A stretch of 64,000 nt of DNA from Candidatus Latescibacterota bacterium (GTDB taxonomy: Bacteria; Latescibacterota; UBA2968): the NCBI GenBank assembly GCA_965205975.1, contig OZ242195.1:4832001-4896000 (forward strand), read 5' to 3'. Shown in pieces: positions 1-9,049 of this stretch. Positions within the stretch are counted from its first letter, which is position 1; each line of letters starts with the position of its first letter. A model generated the notes under the pieces. It was not told the DNA's origin. It did no database searches and was given only the letters and a program-made list of their open reading frames with translations. The position numbers and the translations under genes were made by a program.

Positions 1-498
1 CTGTCGCGGACTGCCCGGCCATACGGTGAATGCGCCGTCGTGTGCATCCGTGTCTGTGAGATAGGCCATGACGAGGAGGAGAAAGTGAGTGGGATATACG
101 GTGAGGCCGTTGCTCTGGCGCGTGCCGTCGATATGCGCGCCGCCCGGTTCAAATTGTTTGGGTCCCGGCTGCGGAAATCGCAATATGGGGCTTAGTCCCG
201 GCTCATTGGTGATAGCTGGTCCGGCGAGTTCACGCACGATGGCTTTTAGTTTGGGCGAGATACACACGGTGCGATCAATCGCAATGCCTTCCTGAGTTAC
301 ATGCATGCCATTTTTGTCTGTCGGCCATGTTTTTGACTCATCTGGCACGATGCCGGTTTTGTCTTTTAATTCTTTTAGTCCCGTGCGTACGCGATCCGGA
401 TTGACCAGTCCCGGAACGATGACAAATCCGTTATTCACAAATTGCGTGACTTGCGCTTGTGTGAGGTGCTTTGTGCCTTCTGGATTGGAAATGGACAT
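1..498 (-). CDS. PhyH-like Fe(II)/2-oxoglutarate dioxygenase, runs off the window start (not in ORF track)
   Basis: Hand translation from ATG 498: MSISNPEGTKHLTQAQVTQFVNNGFVIVPGLV...AHIDG...MAYLTDTDAHDGAFTVWPGS; open to position 1. Confidence 0.75.
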   Translation of the reverse strand, partial: MSISNPEGTKHLTQAQVTQFVNNGFVIVPGLVNPDRVRTGLKELKDKTGIVPDESKTWPTDKNGMHVTQEGIAIDRTVCISPKLKAIVRELAGPAITNEPGLSPILRFPQPGPKQFEPGGAHIDGTRQSNGLTVYPTHFLLLVMAYLTDTDAHDGAFTVWPGSPRQ

Positions 499-550
499 GG
501 AAATATCCAGAGTTTTTGAAAGTTGTAAAGATGTTTCAGAATATATAGGC

Positions 551-579
551 TTGCATGACACCAGATAAGATGCTATAAT
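551..579 (+). promoter_or_regulatory. sigma70-type promoter of the PIN/HicB-like TA pair, probably leaderless
   Basis: TTGCAT-17 nt-TATAAT with extended TG; ATG 586 lies 6 nt after the -10. Confidence 0.7.
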
Positions 580-585
580 AGTGTC

Positions 586-1017
586 ATGAGCAAATTTTGT
601 TGCGTAATTGACACCAATGTTCTGTTCGAAGGCTTGACTCAAAAAGGCGGAGCCGCCGGATTGTTGATCGACGCCTGGCTGAGCAGAATGCCGGAAGTAT
701 GTGTCTCAAATGCCCTTGCCTACGAATATGCGGAAGTACTATCCCGACTACTGTCACCACATCGATGGCAACAAATGAGACCAGTTTTAGAAACGCTTCT
801 GGATCGGGCCAGATTTGTTACGATCTACTATTCCTGGCGTCCCATTTCGCCAGATCCTGGAGATGATCACATAATTGACTGCGCTATGAATGCCGGCGCA
901 ACCGTAATTACGTCTAATCTGAGAGATTTTCAATCTGCCAGGATCGCTTTAGGCCTTCGGGTTCTCACGCCTGTTGAGGCTATCTTACACCTGTTAGAAG
1001 GAGAAGATGAGATATGA
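586..1017 (+). CDS. PIN-domain toxin (type II TA)
   Basis: VIDTNV N-terminal motif, E in ALAYEY, DPGDDHIIDCA, ITSNLRDF. Confidence 0.85.
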   Translation: MSKFCCVIDTNVLFEGLTQKGGAAGLLIDAWLSRMPEVCVSNALAYEYAEVLSRLLSPHRWQQMRPVLETLLDRARFVTIYYSWRPISPDPGDDHIIDCAMNAGATVITSNLRDFQSARIALGLRVLTPVEAILHLLEGEDEI

Positions 1018-1331
1018 GCCGCTTGACATTACGCCTGCCGGATTCTCTTCACAGACAATTATCCGATCAGGCAAAACAAGAAGGTATTTCACTCAATCAA
1101 TATATTGTTTATGCACTGACTCGTGAAGCAACTGTTGCCTACACTGTTCGCCCCGTATCCGATACTGCTTCTCAAAAGGTTGCGTATGCTGCCTTGCTTG
1201 AAAAATTGGGTCGCGCATCTTTTGACGAGATTCTTGCAGTGCTGGATGAACGAGAAAACGTTGAACCAGAAGATGGTCTCAGCGCAGATGTGGTTGATCG
1301 CTTAAAACAAAAACTCTCATCATCTAAATAA
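1014..1331 (+). CDS. RHH/HicB-like antitoxin
   Basis: RLTLRLPDSLHRQL...EGISLNQYIVYAL; ATGA overlap with PIN gene. Confidence 0.8.
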   Translation: MSRLTLRLPDSLHRQLSDQAKQEGISLNQYIVYALTREATVAYTVRPVSDTASQKVAYAALLEKLGRASFDEILAVLDERENVEPEDGLSADVVDRLKQKLSSSK

Positions 1332-1343
1332 TCTGAATAAGTA

Positions 1344-2063
1344 TTACAATCCCGCTGGCAAGAGAATAAGTTCGGGAATTCGCGCGCGTGCAGGCGTGGT
1401 CGCTACATATAAACATGCATCGGCTACGTCTTCTGGTTTTAAGGCTTTGGCCATGACTTCTGGGGGCGTGGGTACGGGGCGCTGCAAGACAATGGGCGTG
1501 TCGCACAATCCGGGGAAGATTACGGTGGTGCGAATGCCGTTTTCCTGTTCTTCTTGGAATGTTCCGTGCGCCAGGCCAGACATGCCGTGTTTGGATGCCT
1601 GATACGATACGCCGGATACATCGGGCGATTGTACACATCCGGAAGATAGATAGATGATCAGGCCCGATTGCTGTTTTCGCATGACGGGCAATACCGCTTT
1701 TGTGCAGTTGAATGCGCCGGTCAGATTTGTGCCGATCATCATTTCCCACGTTTCATAGGTCAATACTTCAAGGCTGCGGTCCGGGATATTTGTTCCCGTG
1801 GCGTACACGAGAATATCAATTTGCCCGAATTCATCCAGTGTGGTCTGGATTAAGTGGTTCACCTGTTCTACATCTCGCGCGTCTGTTGCACAGGCGATTG
1901 CGCGGTTTCCTATTTCTGCTGATAGGCCATCTAATTTGTCTTTGCTTCGCGCTGCCAGTACCACGCTGGCACCTGCCTGGGCATAAGATCGCGCGGTCGC
2001 TTTTCCCATTCCCGAACTGCTTCCCACAATTATAGCGACTTTGTTCTCCAGCGCGAGATGCAT
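1344..2063 (-). CDS. Short-chain dehydrogenase/reductase
   Basis: GSSSGMG Rossmann motif, YQASK catalytic motif. Confidence 0.9.
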   Translation of the reverse strand: MHLALENKVAIIVGSSSGMGKATARSYAQAGASVVLAARSKDKLDGLSAEIGNRAIACATDARDVEQVNHLIQTTLDEFGQIDILVYATGTNIPDRSLEVLTYETWEMMIGTNLTGAFNCTKAVLPVMRKQQSGLIIYLSSGCVQSPDVSGVSYQASKHGMSGLAHGTFQEEQENGIRTTVIFPGLCDTPIVLQRPVPTPPEVMAKALKPEDVADACLYVATTPARARIPELILLPAGL

Positions 2064-2160
2064 GGGCTTCTCCTTCGGATCGGACTCACGTCAAATATAT
2101 TTATATAAGATAATAGGTCTGTAAATACGCGCAAGTGTAACAGAAGGGTAAAAGGTGAGC

Positions 2161-2234
2161 GGGCGACCACAGGGGGGCGCCCCTACAGACTGGATTAACA
2201 ACACCATTGTAGGGGACGGTCCCCGTGCCGTCCC
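2161..2234. repeat. GTAG-type REP doublet (two inverted palindromic units)
   Basis: gggcgaccacaggggggcgccCCTAC...GTAGgggacggtccccgtgccgtccc; related single unit at 7332-7356. Confidence 0.75.
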
Positions 2235-2354
2235 GCACGCCCAACCCAACCAGTCTCCAGCCTCAGTATTCGTATTGCATCCACATGCTCAGAACCGTAT
2301 CTTTTACCGTCAATGGGAGATTGTGTAGATACTGAAAAACCGAAAGGACAAGAG

Positions 2355-3707
2355 ATGAGCGATTTGTTGATCGAAAAATATATGGCAAGAACGCCAAAGT
2401 CGCGCGCTTTGTACCAGCGGGCGCGGGAGACTTTTCCCAGTGGGGTGACGCACGATACGCGCTATTTGAAGCCCTATCCGCTTTCTATTGCTCGGGCACA
2501 GGGGGGGCGCAAGTGGGATGTGGATGGGTGTGAGTATGTCGATTATTTTGGGGGGCACGGTGCGCTGATTTTGGGACATAATCATCCAGAGGTGACCGAG
2601 GCGGTGCGGGAGCAGTTGAGCAGGGGGACTCATTACGGCGCGTCGCACGAGTTGGAGTTGGAGTGGGCAGAGCAGATTATTCGGATGGTGCCGTGTGCCG
2701 ATAAGGTGCGTTTTACGTCGTCGGGGACAGAGGCGAGTCTTTTGGGGTTGCGCGTTGCGCGCGCTTTTCAGAATAAGTCGAAGATTTTGCGTTTTACGAC
2801 GAATTTTCACGGGTGGCACGATCAGGTGGCTTTTGGTGCTTCGACGAGTTTTGACGGTACGCCGCCGAGCGGTATTACGGAGGATCATATCGAGAATACC
2901 GTGTTGTGCGAGCCGAATAATATCGATCAGGTCACACAGGCGCTTGAGAGTCGGGACGATATTGCTGCGGTTATTCTGGAGCCGACGGGCGCGAGTTTTG
3001 GGCGGGTGCCCACGCAGGGCGAGTTTTTGCGCCAGCTTCGCGCTGTGACCCGAGAACACGGAGTGTTACTCATTTTTGATGAGGTGATTACGGGTTTTCG
3101 CGTGGCGCCTGGCGGTGCTCAGGAATATTATGGGGTGACGCCGGATCTGACTCTTTTTGCGAAGATTGTTGCGGGTGGTTTTCCCGGTGGTGCTATTGCG
3201 GGGCGCGCGGATTTGCTCGATGTTATGACGTATCGCGACGATGCTTCGTGGAATGACAGATACCGCGTGCCACACCAGGGTACGTTTAATTCGAATCCGG
3301 TTTCAGCGCGTGCGGGGTTGACGACGCTTAAAATTGTTGCGGAAGATGAGATTACCGACCGGGCCAATCAGAATGGCGAGGTGTTGAGAAATGCGCTCAA
3401 TGATGTGATTCAGAGACGCGGGTTGAACTGGCTCGTGTATGGCGAGTTTTCGGGGTTTCAATTTTTGCCGTTGTCCGAGGATCAGACGTACACATGTTCG
3501 GATATTTACGATGGTACAGTGCCCCATTCGGTTCTCAAGGGCGGGATTTCGATGAAGCAGATTCACTATCTTCGCTGCGGTTTGATTGCAGAGGGGGTGG
3601 ATGTGATGCCCTGGCCCGGTGGTGTGATTTCTGCTGTTCACAGCGATGCGGATATCGATCAGACGGCTCAGGCGTTTGATCGGGTGCTGGCGGTGTTTAA
3701 GGGCTGA
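2355..3707 (+). CDS. Class III PLP aminotransferase (GSA-aminomutase-like)
   Basis: SSGTEA, FHGW, FDEVITGFR, FAKIVAGG, GTFNSNP; start moved to ATG 2355 after AAAGGA. Confidence 0.85.
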   Translation: MSDLLIEKYMARTPKSRALYQRARETFPSGVTHDTRYLKPYPLSIARAQGGRKWDVDGCEYVDYFGGHGALILGHNHPEVTEAVREQLSRGTHYGASHELELEWAEQIIRMVPCADKVRFTSSGTEASLLGLRVARAFQNKSKILRFTTNFHGWHDQVAFGASTSFDGTPPSGITEDHIENTVLCEPNNIDQVTQALESRDDIAAVILEPTGASFGRVPTQGEFLRQLRAVTREHGVLLIFDEVITGFRVAPGGAQEYYGVTPDLTLFAKIVAGGFPGGAIAGRADLLDVMTYRDDASWNDRYRVPHQGTFNSNPVSARAGLTTLKIVAEDEITDRANQNGEVLRNALNDVIQRRGLNWLVYGEFSGFQFLPLSEDQTYTCSDIYDGTVPHSVLKGGISMKQIHYLRCGLIAEGVDVMPWPGGVISAVHSDADIDQTAQAFDRVLAVFKG

Positions 3708-3709
3708 TT

Positions 3710-4276
3710 TTATACCTTAATGCGTACATTGCGAAAGTCAATGGGGCTGCGGTGGTTTTGAAGGCCGATGTATCCGGTTTTTAAGCGGTCTTTCAGGTCT
3801 GGATGCTTGCTTGTGTCACAGGATATGACTTCGCGTCCGTTGATGATGACGTTTACCATTGTTCCCTGGCAGGATACTTCAATGGCGTTCCACTCTCCCG
3901 CTGGATGAGACGGATCAACGGTGGGGGCGACCGCATCGTAGATGGCGCCGTTTGATTTATTGTTGAGTGGGGCGTGCGGTACGTCGTAAATTTGTATTTC
4001 CATTCCCTGATAGGCAGGGCGTCCTTCTTCGCTTGTCCGCAGGAATATTCCGCTGTTTCCTCCCGCGCTGTTTCGATAGTCCAGGCGCAGTACAAAGTCT
4101 GTGTACATAGCTTTGGGGCGAATCCATCCTCTGCCTTCGCCATTGCATACCATTAATCCGTTTTGGACTTCCCAACCTTCTTCCGGTCCGATAATTTTCC
4201 AGTCGTTCAGGTCTCTGCCGTTGAATAAGGGTTCGAATCCTTCGGCTTGTTCTTCTGGGGACAGGTGTGTTGCCAT
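3710..4276 (-). CDS. DUF1080 / 3-keto-disaccharide hydrolase family protein
   Basis: LFNGRDLNDW, GNSGIFLR, EIQIYD, GEWN, GYIGLQNH, FRNVRIK. Confidence 0.85.
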   Translation of the reverse strand: MATHLSPEEQAEGFEPLFNGRDLNDWKIIGPEEGWEVQNGLMVCNGEGRGWIRPKAMYTDFVLRLDYRNSAGGNSGIFLRTSEEGRPAYQGMEIQIYDVPHAPLNNKSNGAIYDAVAPTVDPSHPAGEWNAIEVSCQGTMVNVIINGREVISCDTSKHPDLKDRLKTGYIGLQNHRSPIDFRNVRIKV

Positions 4277-4305
4277 TGGAGTTCCTCCGTAAATAGGTTA
4301 TGCCC

Positions 4306-5493
4306 CTACGCTACACCGGTTTCTCGCCATTTGATGAGCGCGTGGGCGACGGTTTCTACCATTTCTTTGACGTCGGCGTTGTGCGCGTCAATGCTGTCGG
4401 GAATGGCTTGTAAAAAGGTGCGGATTGTGCCGGCTTGTTCACAGATGTGTTTGTCGCCATAGACGTTGTGTTCGGGTTGTCGCGGGTCGATCAGTACTTT
4501 CCGATTTTTCAGCGGTTTGACGTGGTAGTTTTCGAAGATTGCTTGTTCGAGGATTTCCGCTTTTGCCCGTAGATGGTGCGGCATGGATGCTTTGTCGTGC
4601 ATGCCTATGCTTCGCGTGAAGTCTGGCCGCGTAAAGTGGGCGTGGACTTCTATGGATGCATCTGGTTTTTTTTCGAGGATGTATTGCCACAGTGCCGCGG
4701 TTTCTCTGGGCGCGCTTTTGCCTTCTACGAGGTGGTTAATTCCGAATTTTGGGACTTCGCCCATGGCATTGGTTACGCTGCGTCCTTCGCAAACGCCGTC
4801 GGGATTTGTGATGGGCATGAGGCAGAATTGTATGTGGTCTAATAATCGCTGTGTGCGTGCGGTTGGGATGGTCAAGCTGTGTGCTACGTGCAAGATGCCA
4901 TAGGATACGGGTTCGCACGATTGCATTGTGGCATCGACGAGTAGCGTCAGGTCGCGCGGTTGGGTTTCCAATACGCAGATTGGTCGTCCCTGGGCAGAGT
5001 GGCCGATTTCCCGGTAGGTCCAGATGTCGTATTGTTCGGATAGTTGCCGCGCTTTTTCGCAGACGACAAATGGGTCTTCATAAGGGGCAGATGCGATGCG
5101 GAGGGTTTCTCCGGGTTGAATGTGGATGGATATGTCGATGTGTTCTGCCGGGTGAAAGTCCGTGTTTTCGGACGGTACCCACGCCCATCCCGTGTTTTCT
5201 CGCCAGATCCACCAGGGTGGGTACATGTAGTTCGCGCCTTTTTTGCTGAGTAGGAATCGCAACGTTGCCCACTTTGCGCGGTTGCCGAGGTGACGCACGC
5301 GCACATGGGCCATGTATTCTTTGGGTACGCCTGCACCGTCGAATAGTTCGTCTAACAGGTCCTGGAACCATTGCGGGATTTCTTCTATTTTGTATCCGAT
5401 TTCGCTTATGCCGGATTCTATTATCCGCATTTCTCCGGCACTGCTGCACGGGAAGTTGTCGTCGATGATGATGTCGCCGTTTTTGAGTTTCAC
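4306..5493 (-). CDS. M14 zinc carboxypeptidase-like protein with atypical metal site
   Basis: IGHSAQGRPI, PITNPDG, APRETAAL, EVHAH; QSCE in place of HxxE; GTG directly follows the upstream TGA. Confidence 0.6.
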   Translation of the reverse strand: MKLKNGDIIIDDNFPCSSAGEMRIIESGISEIGYKIEEIPQWFQDLLDELFDGAGVPKEYMAHVRVRHLGNRAKWATLRFLLSKKGANYMYPPWWIWRENTGWAWVPSENTDFHPAEHIDISIHIQPGETLRIASAPYEDPFVVCEKARQLSEQYDIWTYREIGHSAQGRPICVLETQPRDLTLLVDATMQSCEPVSYGILHVAHSLTIPTARTQRLLDHIQFCLMPITNPDGVCEGRSVTNAMGEVPKFGINHLVEGKSAPRETAALWQYILEKKPDASIEVHAHFTRPDFTRSIGMHDKASMPHHLRAKAEILEQAIFENYHVKPLKNRKVLIDPRQPEHNVYGDKHICEQAGTIRTFLQAIPDSIDAHNADVKEMVETVAHALIKWRETGVA

Positions 5494-6480
5494 TCAGCAC
5501 ACCATTCCGCGTTTGGCGCGAATGCCATGGGCGGGCGGATCGTCGCCAATCCAGCGTTCGTCAACGGGGTCCGATGCGAGTTGGTATCGCGTATCGGATG
5601 ATATGCGGTATTGTTTGGAGTGGTTGTCGGAGCTTGAGTGGAGGGTGTACATCGAAAATATCAGCAGGTCTCCCATTTCGTATTCCGATACCAGCCAGCG
5701 TCCGCCCAGTTCTTTGCGGGTGGCTATGGCATTAGAGGAATAAGATCCGGTCGAGTTCCACTTTACAGAAGCCCGCTCTTGATTGGTCAGGTTCCGCCCT
5801 TCGGCGCGTGCGCGTTCTACTATTTCCTGGGCATCGCCTTTGTTTTCACAGTATAGATCGACGTCTGTTGAGCCATATCCCGATTTCAGATCGTGCAATT
5901 TGTGTGAGTTTTCGAGTAGCATCAATCCCCCCATGTAGGAGGGTACATCGCCATAGGGTATCCAGGCGGTGTAGAGGTTTTTTGTTCCGCGGCCCATATA
6001 GACGATGTCGCAGTGTGGATTGGTGGCGGTGTGCAGTCCGGGCTGTTTGGCTCGAAACCAGGTGTAGTCAAAGTAGCGCGCAGGTCCGTCTAAAAAGAAG
6101 TCAAAAAACGACATGATCGGGCCTTCGTGGATTACTTTGTCCAGGGGGGGATTGTTGCGCGCGAGCAGGGGCATAAACGATCCGGTTGCGCGTCCGTCAA
6201 TTTTCTTTTTTGAGGCTGCAATGCCGTCGATTGCCGGATAGCGTTCGTCTAATACACCCGCACCCATGAGCCGATCCATGACTTCCTGGCGAGCGGCTAA
6301 TACTTCATCTTTGTTCAGGTGATTTTTGAGAAATAAGTAGCCATTCTCTGTCATTCGGCGGTGGAGTTCGTCGCGATCATCTATCGCGTCATTGGATGTG
6401 CGTAAGCCGCCAAAGTCGTCCGACGAGTGGCCCAGAGGTTCGCCCTGATATGTGAGTTTTAATGCTTTTTCCATTTCCAT
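5494..6480 (-). CDS. PhyH-like dioxygenase
   Basis: PHCDIVYMGRG, WIPYGD, LENSH, LHSSSDN, RISSDTRYQ. Confidence 0.85.
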   Translation of the reverse strand: MEMEKALKLTYQGEPLGHSSDDFGGLRTSNDAIDDRDELHRRMTENGYLFLKNHLNKDEVLAARQEVMDRLMGAGVLDERYPAIDGIAASKKKIDGRATGSFMPLLARNNPPLDKVIHEGPIMSFFDFFLDGPARYFDYTWFRAKQPGLHTATNPHCDIVYMGRGTKNLYTAWIPYGDVPSYMGGLMLLENSHKLHDLKSGYGSTDVDLYCENKGDAQEIVERARAEGRNLTNQERASVKWNSTGSYSSNAIATRKELGGRWLVSEYEMGDLLIFSMYTLHSSSDNHSKQYRISSDTRYQLASDPVDERWIGDDPPAHGIRAKRGMVC

Positions 6481-6581
6481 TATATGCCTCCAGAATATTT
6501 TGTTGTATTTTCTAATATAAGAAAATAATTTGGATAAACAATGCTGTCCTGTATTCTAATTCGCATTTTTAAGGAGTTTTT

Positions 6582-7325
6582 ATGTTTCTCGCCAATATGA
6601 CTTCTCCCGATGTCGATGCTTTGTCGCGGGATTTGCTGGTTATTATTCCCGTGGCTTCGCTTGAGCAGCACAGTCTGCATTTGCCGGTGTTTACAGATAC
6701 GATGATTCTTCAGGAGGTGGTCAATCGCGTTGAGAAACGGTTGTCCCGGGATGTGCTTATTTTGCCCGTTATGTGGCTGGGATATTCGCATCATCATATG
6801 AAGTATCCCGGTACGGTTTCTGCGTCGTCCGAGACGCATCTGGCAGTTATGATCGATATTCTCGTTTGTATGATTGAGCACGGTTTTACGCGATTTCTTC
6901 TGATTAATAGCCATGGGGGCAATGAGGCTAATATTTCGGTTTTGAGGCAGCGCGTTATGGAGGGGTATGAAGATGTCAATCTCTACACGACGACGCCGTA
7001 TGCCGGATCGTCGGATAAAAATATAAATGAGGTTTTGTCGCTGGGGACAAAGGGGTCCGGGCATGCGGGTGAGTGTGAAACTGCTATGATTATGGCGATA
7101 TATCCCGATCTGGTGAAAACAGATGCTTTACACGAGGATGGTCAGCGCCGCCGGAAGAGTATTCCGGGTTTGCGTCTGTACAAACGGTTTGATCAGAATA
7201 CAGATCACGGAGGGTTGGGAGATCCGCGTCCTGCTACGGCAGAGATGGGCGAGCAGATTTTTCAAGTTGCCGAAGATTTTTTGGTTGAGGCTATACAGGA
7301 GATTTATCGGGAAGGAAGGCGTTAG
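6582..7325 (+). CDS. Creatininase/amidohydrolase family protein
   Basis: EQHSLHLPVFTD, NSHGGN, HAGECET. Confidence 0.9.
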   Translation: MFLANMTSPDVDALSRDLLVIIPVASLEQHSLHLPVFTDTMILQEVVNRVEKRLSRDVLILPVMWLGYSHHHMKYPGTVSASSETHLAVMIDILVCMIEHGFTRFLLINSHGGNEANISVLRQRVMEGYEDVNLYTTTPYAGSSDKNINEVLSLGTKGSGHAGECETAMIMAIYPDLVKTDALHEDGQRRRKSIPGLRLYKRFDQNTDHGGLGDPRPATAEMGEQIFQVAEDFLVEAIQEIYREGRR

Positions 7326-7331
7326 TGTGCA

Positions 7332-7356
7332 TGTAGGGGCGAGGCATGCCTCGCCC
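7332..7356 (+). repeat. Single GTAG-type REP
   Basis: tGTAGgggcgaggcatgcctcgccc, perfect palindrome after the GTAG tag. Confidence 0.7.
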
Positions 7357-7394
7357 GTCCTGGTCCAAAACAAGCAGATAGCTGATTCTAAAAT

Positions 7395-7424
7395 AAAAAG
7401 CCCGCACAGTTCTGTGCGGGCTTT
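7395..7424. terminator. Bidirectional intrinsic terminator between creatininase gene and ssb
   Basis: aaaaag-cccgcacag-tt-ctgtgcggg-cttt. Confidence 0.85.
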
Positions 7425-7440
7425 GTCGTTTGTATCGCGC

Positions 7441-7923
7441 CTAAAATGGCAGGTCGTCGTCTGCGGCATAAGGAGGTGGCTCTGAAGCGGCCGTGTCGTC
7501 CGATGCAGAAGCGTCTGACTGTGGTTTTGACTGCCCTCCGCCCTGAGGCGCGCCACCGCCATAGCTACCGTCCATACCGTCCATTTCACCGCGGGCATCG
7601 AGCATTTGCATGTCGCGGGCAACCACTTCGGTGGTATAGCGCTTTAGCCCGTCTTGCCCTTCCCAACTGCGCGTTTGCAACTTGCCTTCGATATAGACTT
7701 TGCTGCCTTTGCGCAAATACTGGTTGCAGATTTCAGCCAAACGACCCCATACCACAATGCGGTGCCATTCGGTGCGTTCTTGTCTTTCACCACTGCTGTC
7801 GGTCCAGCTTTCGTTGGTGGCGATGCTGAAGTTCGATACGGCTGTGCCTCCTGGCGTGTATCGAAGCTCGGGATCGGCGCCAGAATTGCCGATCAAAATG
7901 ACTTTGTTGACTCCTCGTGCCAT
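7441..7923 (-). CDS. ssb: Single-stranded DNA-binding protein
   Basis: [38 protein letters not shown] tail. Confidence 0.97.
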   Translation of the reverse strand: MARGVNKVILIGNSGADPELRYTPGGTAVSNFSIATNESWTDSSGERQERTEWHRIVVWGRLAEICNQYLRKGSKVYIEGKLQTRSWEGQDGLKRYTTEVVARDMQMLDARGEMDGMDGSYGGGAPQGGGQSKPQSDASASDDTAASEPPPYAADDDLPF

Positions 7924-8091
7924 ACGTGGCCTCCTTAGGATTGAGTGTGCGTTTCAGGGATCATGGCACGACCCTGTAAGAACTTGGTACGAATATACTT
8001 TTGCATGTGGGATTTGTCAAGGTGACATTGGTTAAAATAATGGCGAGGGGTGTTGCTATATCCTATATTGGATACATTCAAAGGAGGTTTT

Positions 8092-9039
8092 ATGGAATAT
8101 CGCATATTGGGACGCACAGGTCTGAAGGTTTCGATTATGGGTATTGGCGGCGGTGGGCCTACGCAAATGGGACAAAAGACGGGTGTCGATCAGGCGGGTG
8201 TGAATCGATTGGTGCAGCGCGCGCTTGATCTCGGTATCAATTTTTTTGATACGGCTGCTGCGTATGGCGAGAGTGAGACGATTCTCGGAAATGCACTCAA
8301 GGGCGTGCCGCGCGATGATTATATTTTGGCGACTAAATTTCACGCCCATCTTCACAATAGCGGTGAGCTTGTGAGTCCAGAGAATGTCGTAGATTCTGTC
8401 GAGCGCAGTTTGAAGCGGTTGCAGGTGGATTATGTCGATGTGATGCAGTGGCACGGTGTTCGTCCATACCATTATTCTGAGGCTATTGAGCAGTTGTGGC
8501 CCACGGTGGAGAGGTTGAAAGACCAGGGGAAGTTCGGGTTTATGGGAGTGAGTGAGACGTATGCCGAGGACCACAATCACGAGATGTTTTCTATGGCTTT
8601 GGCGGATGATTTGTTCGATACGGCTATGGTGGGTTATAATTTGTTGAGCCCAACGCCCGAGCACGAGGTTTTGCCTATGTGTCAGGAGCGGGATGTGGGC
8701 GTGATTTGTATGGTTGCTGTTCGGCGGGCATTGGCGCGGCCCGATGTGCTCAAAGAGCGTATTGCGTATGCGAAGGATAAGGGTTTGATTGCGGAAGATG
8801 CGCTGGAAGATGAGGATCCGTTGGGTTGGTTGGTCAAGGGCGATGTCGCCTCATTGCCCGCGGCGGGTTACAAGTATGTGAATGCGCATCCCGCGATGGG
8901 TGTGGTGCTGTCGGGTACGGCAAATATCGATCATCTGGAAGAAAATGTGGAGGCGATTCTCGGCCCACCTTTGCCGGATGAAGATATGGCGCGGTTGCGG
9001 TCTATTTTTGGCGATGTATGGGAGCCGTTGGGGAATTAA
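8092..9039 (+). CDS. Aldo/keto reductase
   Basis: LGRTGLKVS, GINFFDTAAAYG, SLKRLQVDYVD; AAGGAGG before ATG 8092. Confidence 0.9.
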   Translation: MEYRILGRTGLKVSIMGIGGGGPTQMGQKTGVDQAGVNRLVQRALDLGINFFDTAAAYGESETILGNALKGVPRDDYILATKFHAHLHNSGELVSPENVVDSVERSLKRLQVDYVDVMQWHGVRPYHYSEAIEQLWPTVERLKDQGKFGFMGVSETYAEDHNHEMFSMALADDLFDTAMVGYNLLSPTPEHEVLPMCQERDVGVICMVAVRRALARPDVLKERIAYAKDKGLIAEDALEDEDPLGWLVKGDVASLPAAGYKYVNAHPAMGVVLSGTANIDHLEENVEAILGPPLPDEDMARLRSIFGDVWEPLGN

Positions 9040-9049
9040 AGGAGGTTTT

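Noticed and set aside
2355..3707. Calling the aminotransferase hemL
   Set aside because: GSA-like motifs present but no haem genes nearby and many paralogues exist; left unnamed
6582..7325. Creatininase as mycofactocin MftE or another RiPP peptidase
   Set aside because: No radical SAM, precursor peptide or chaperone gene nearby
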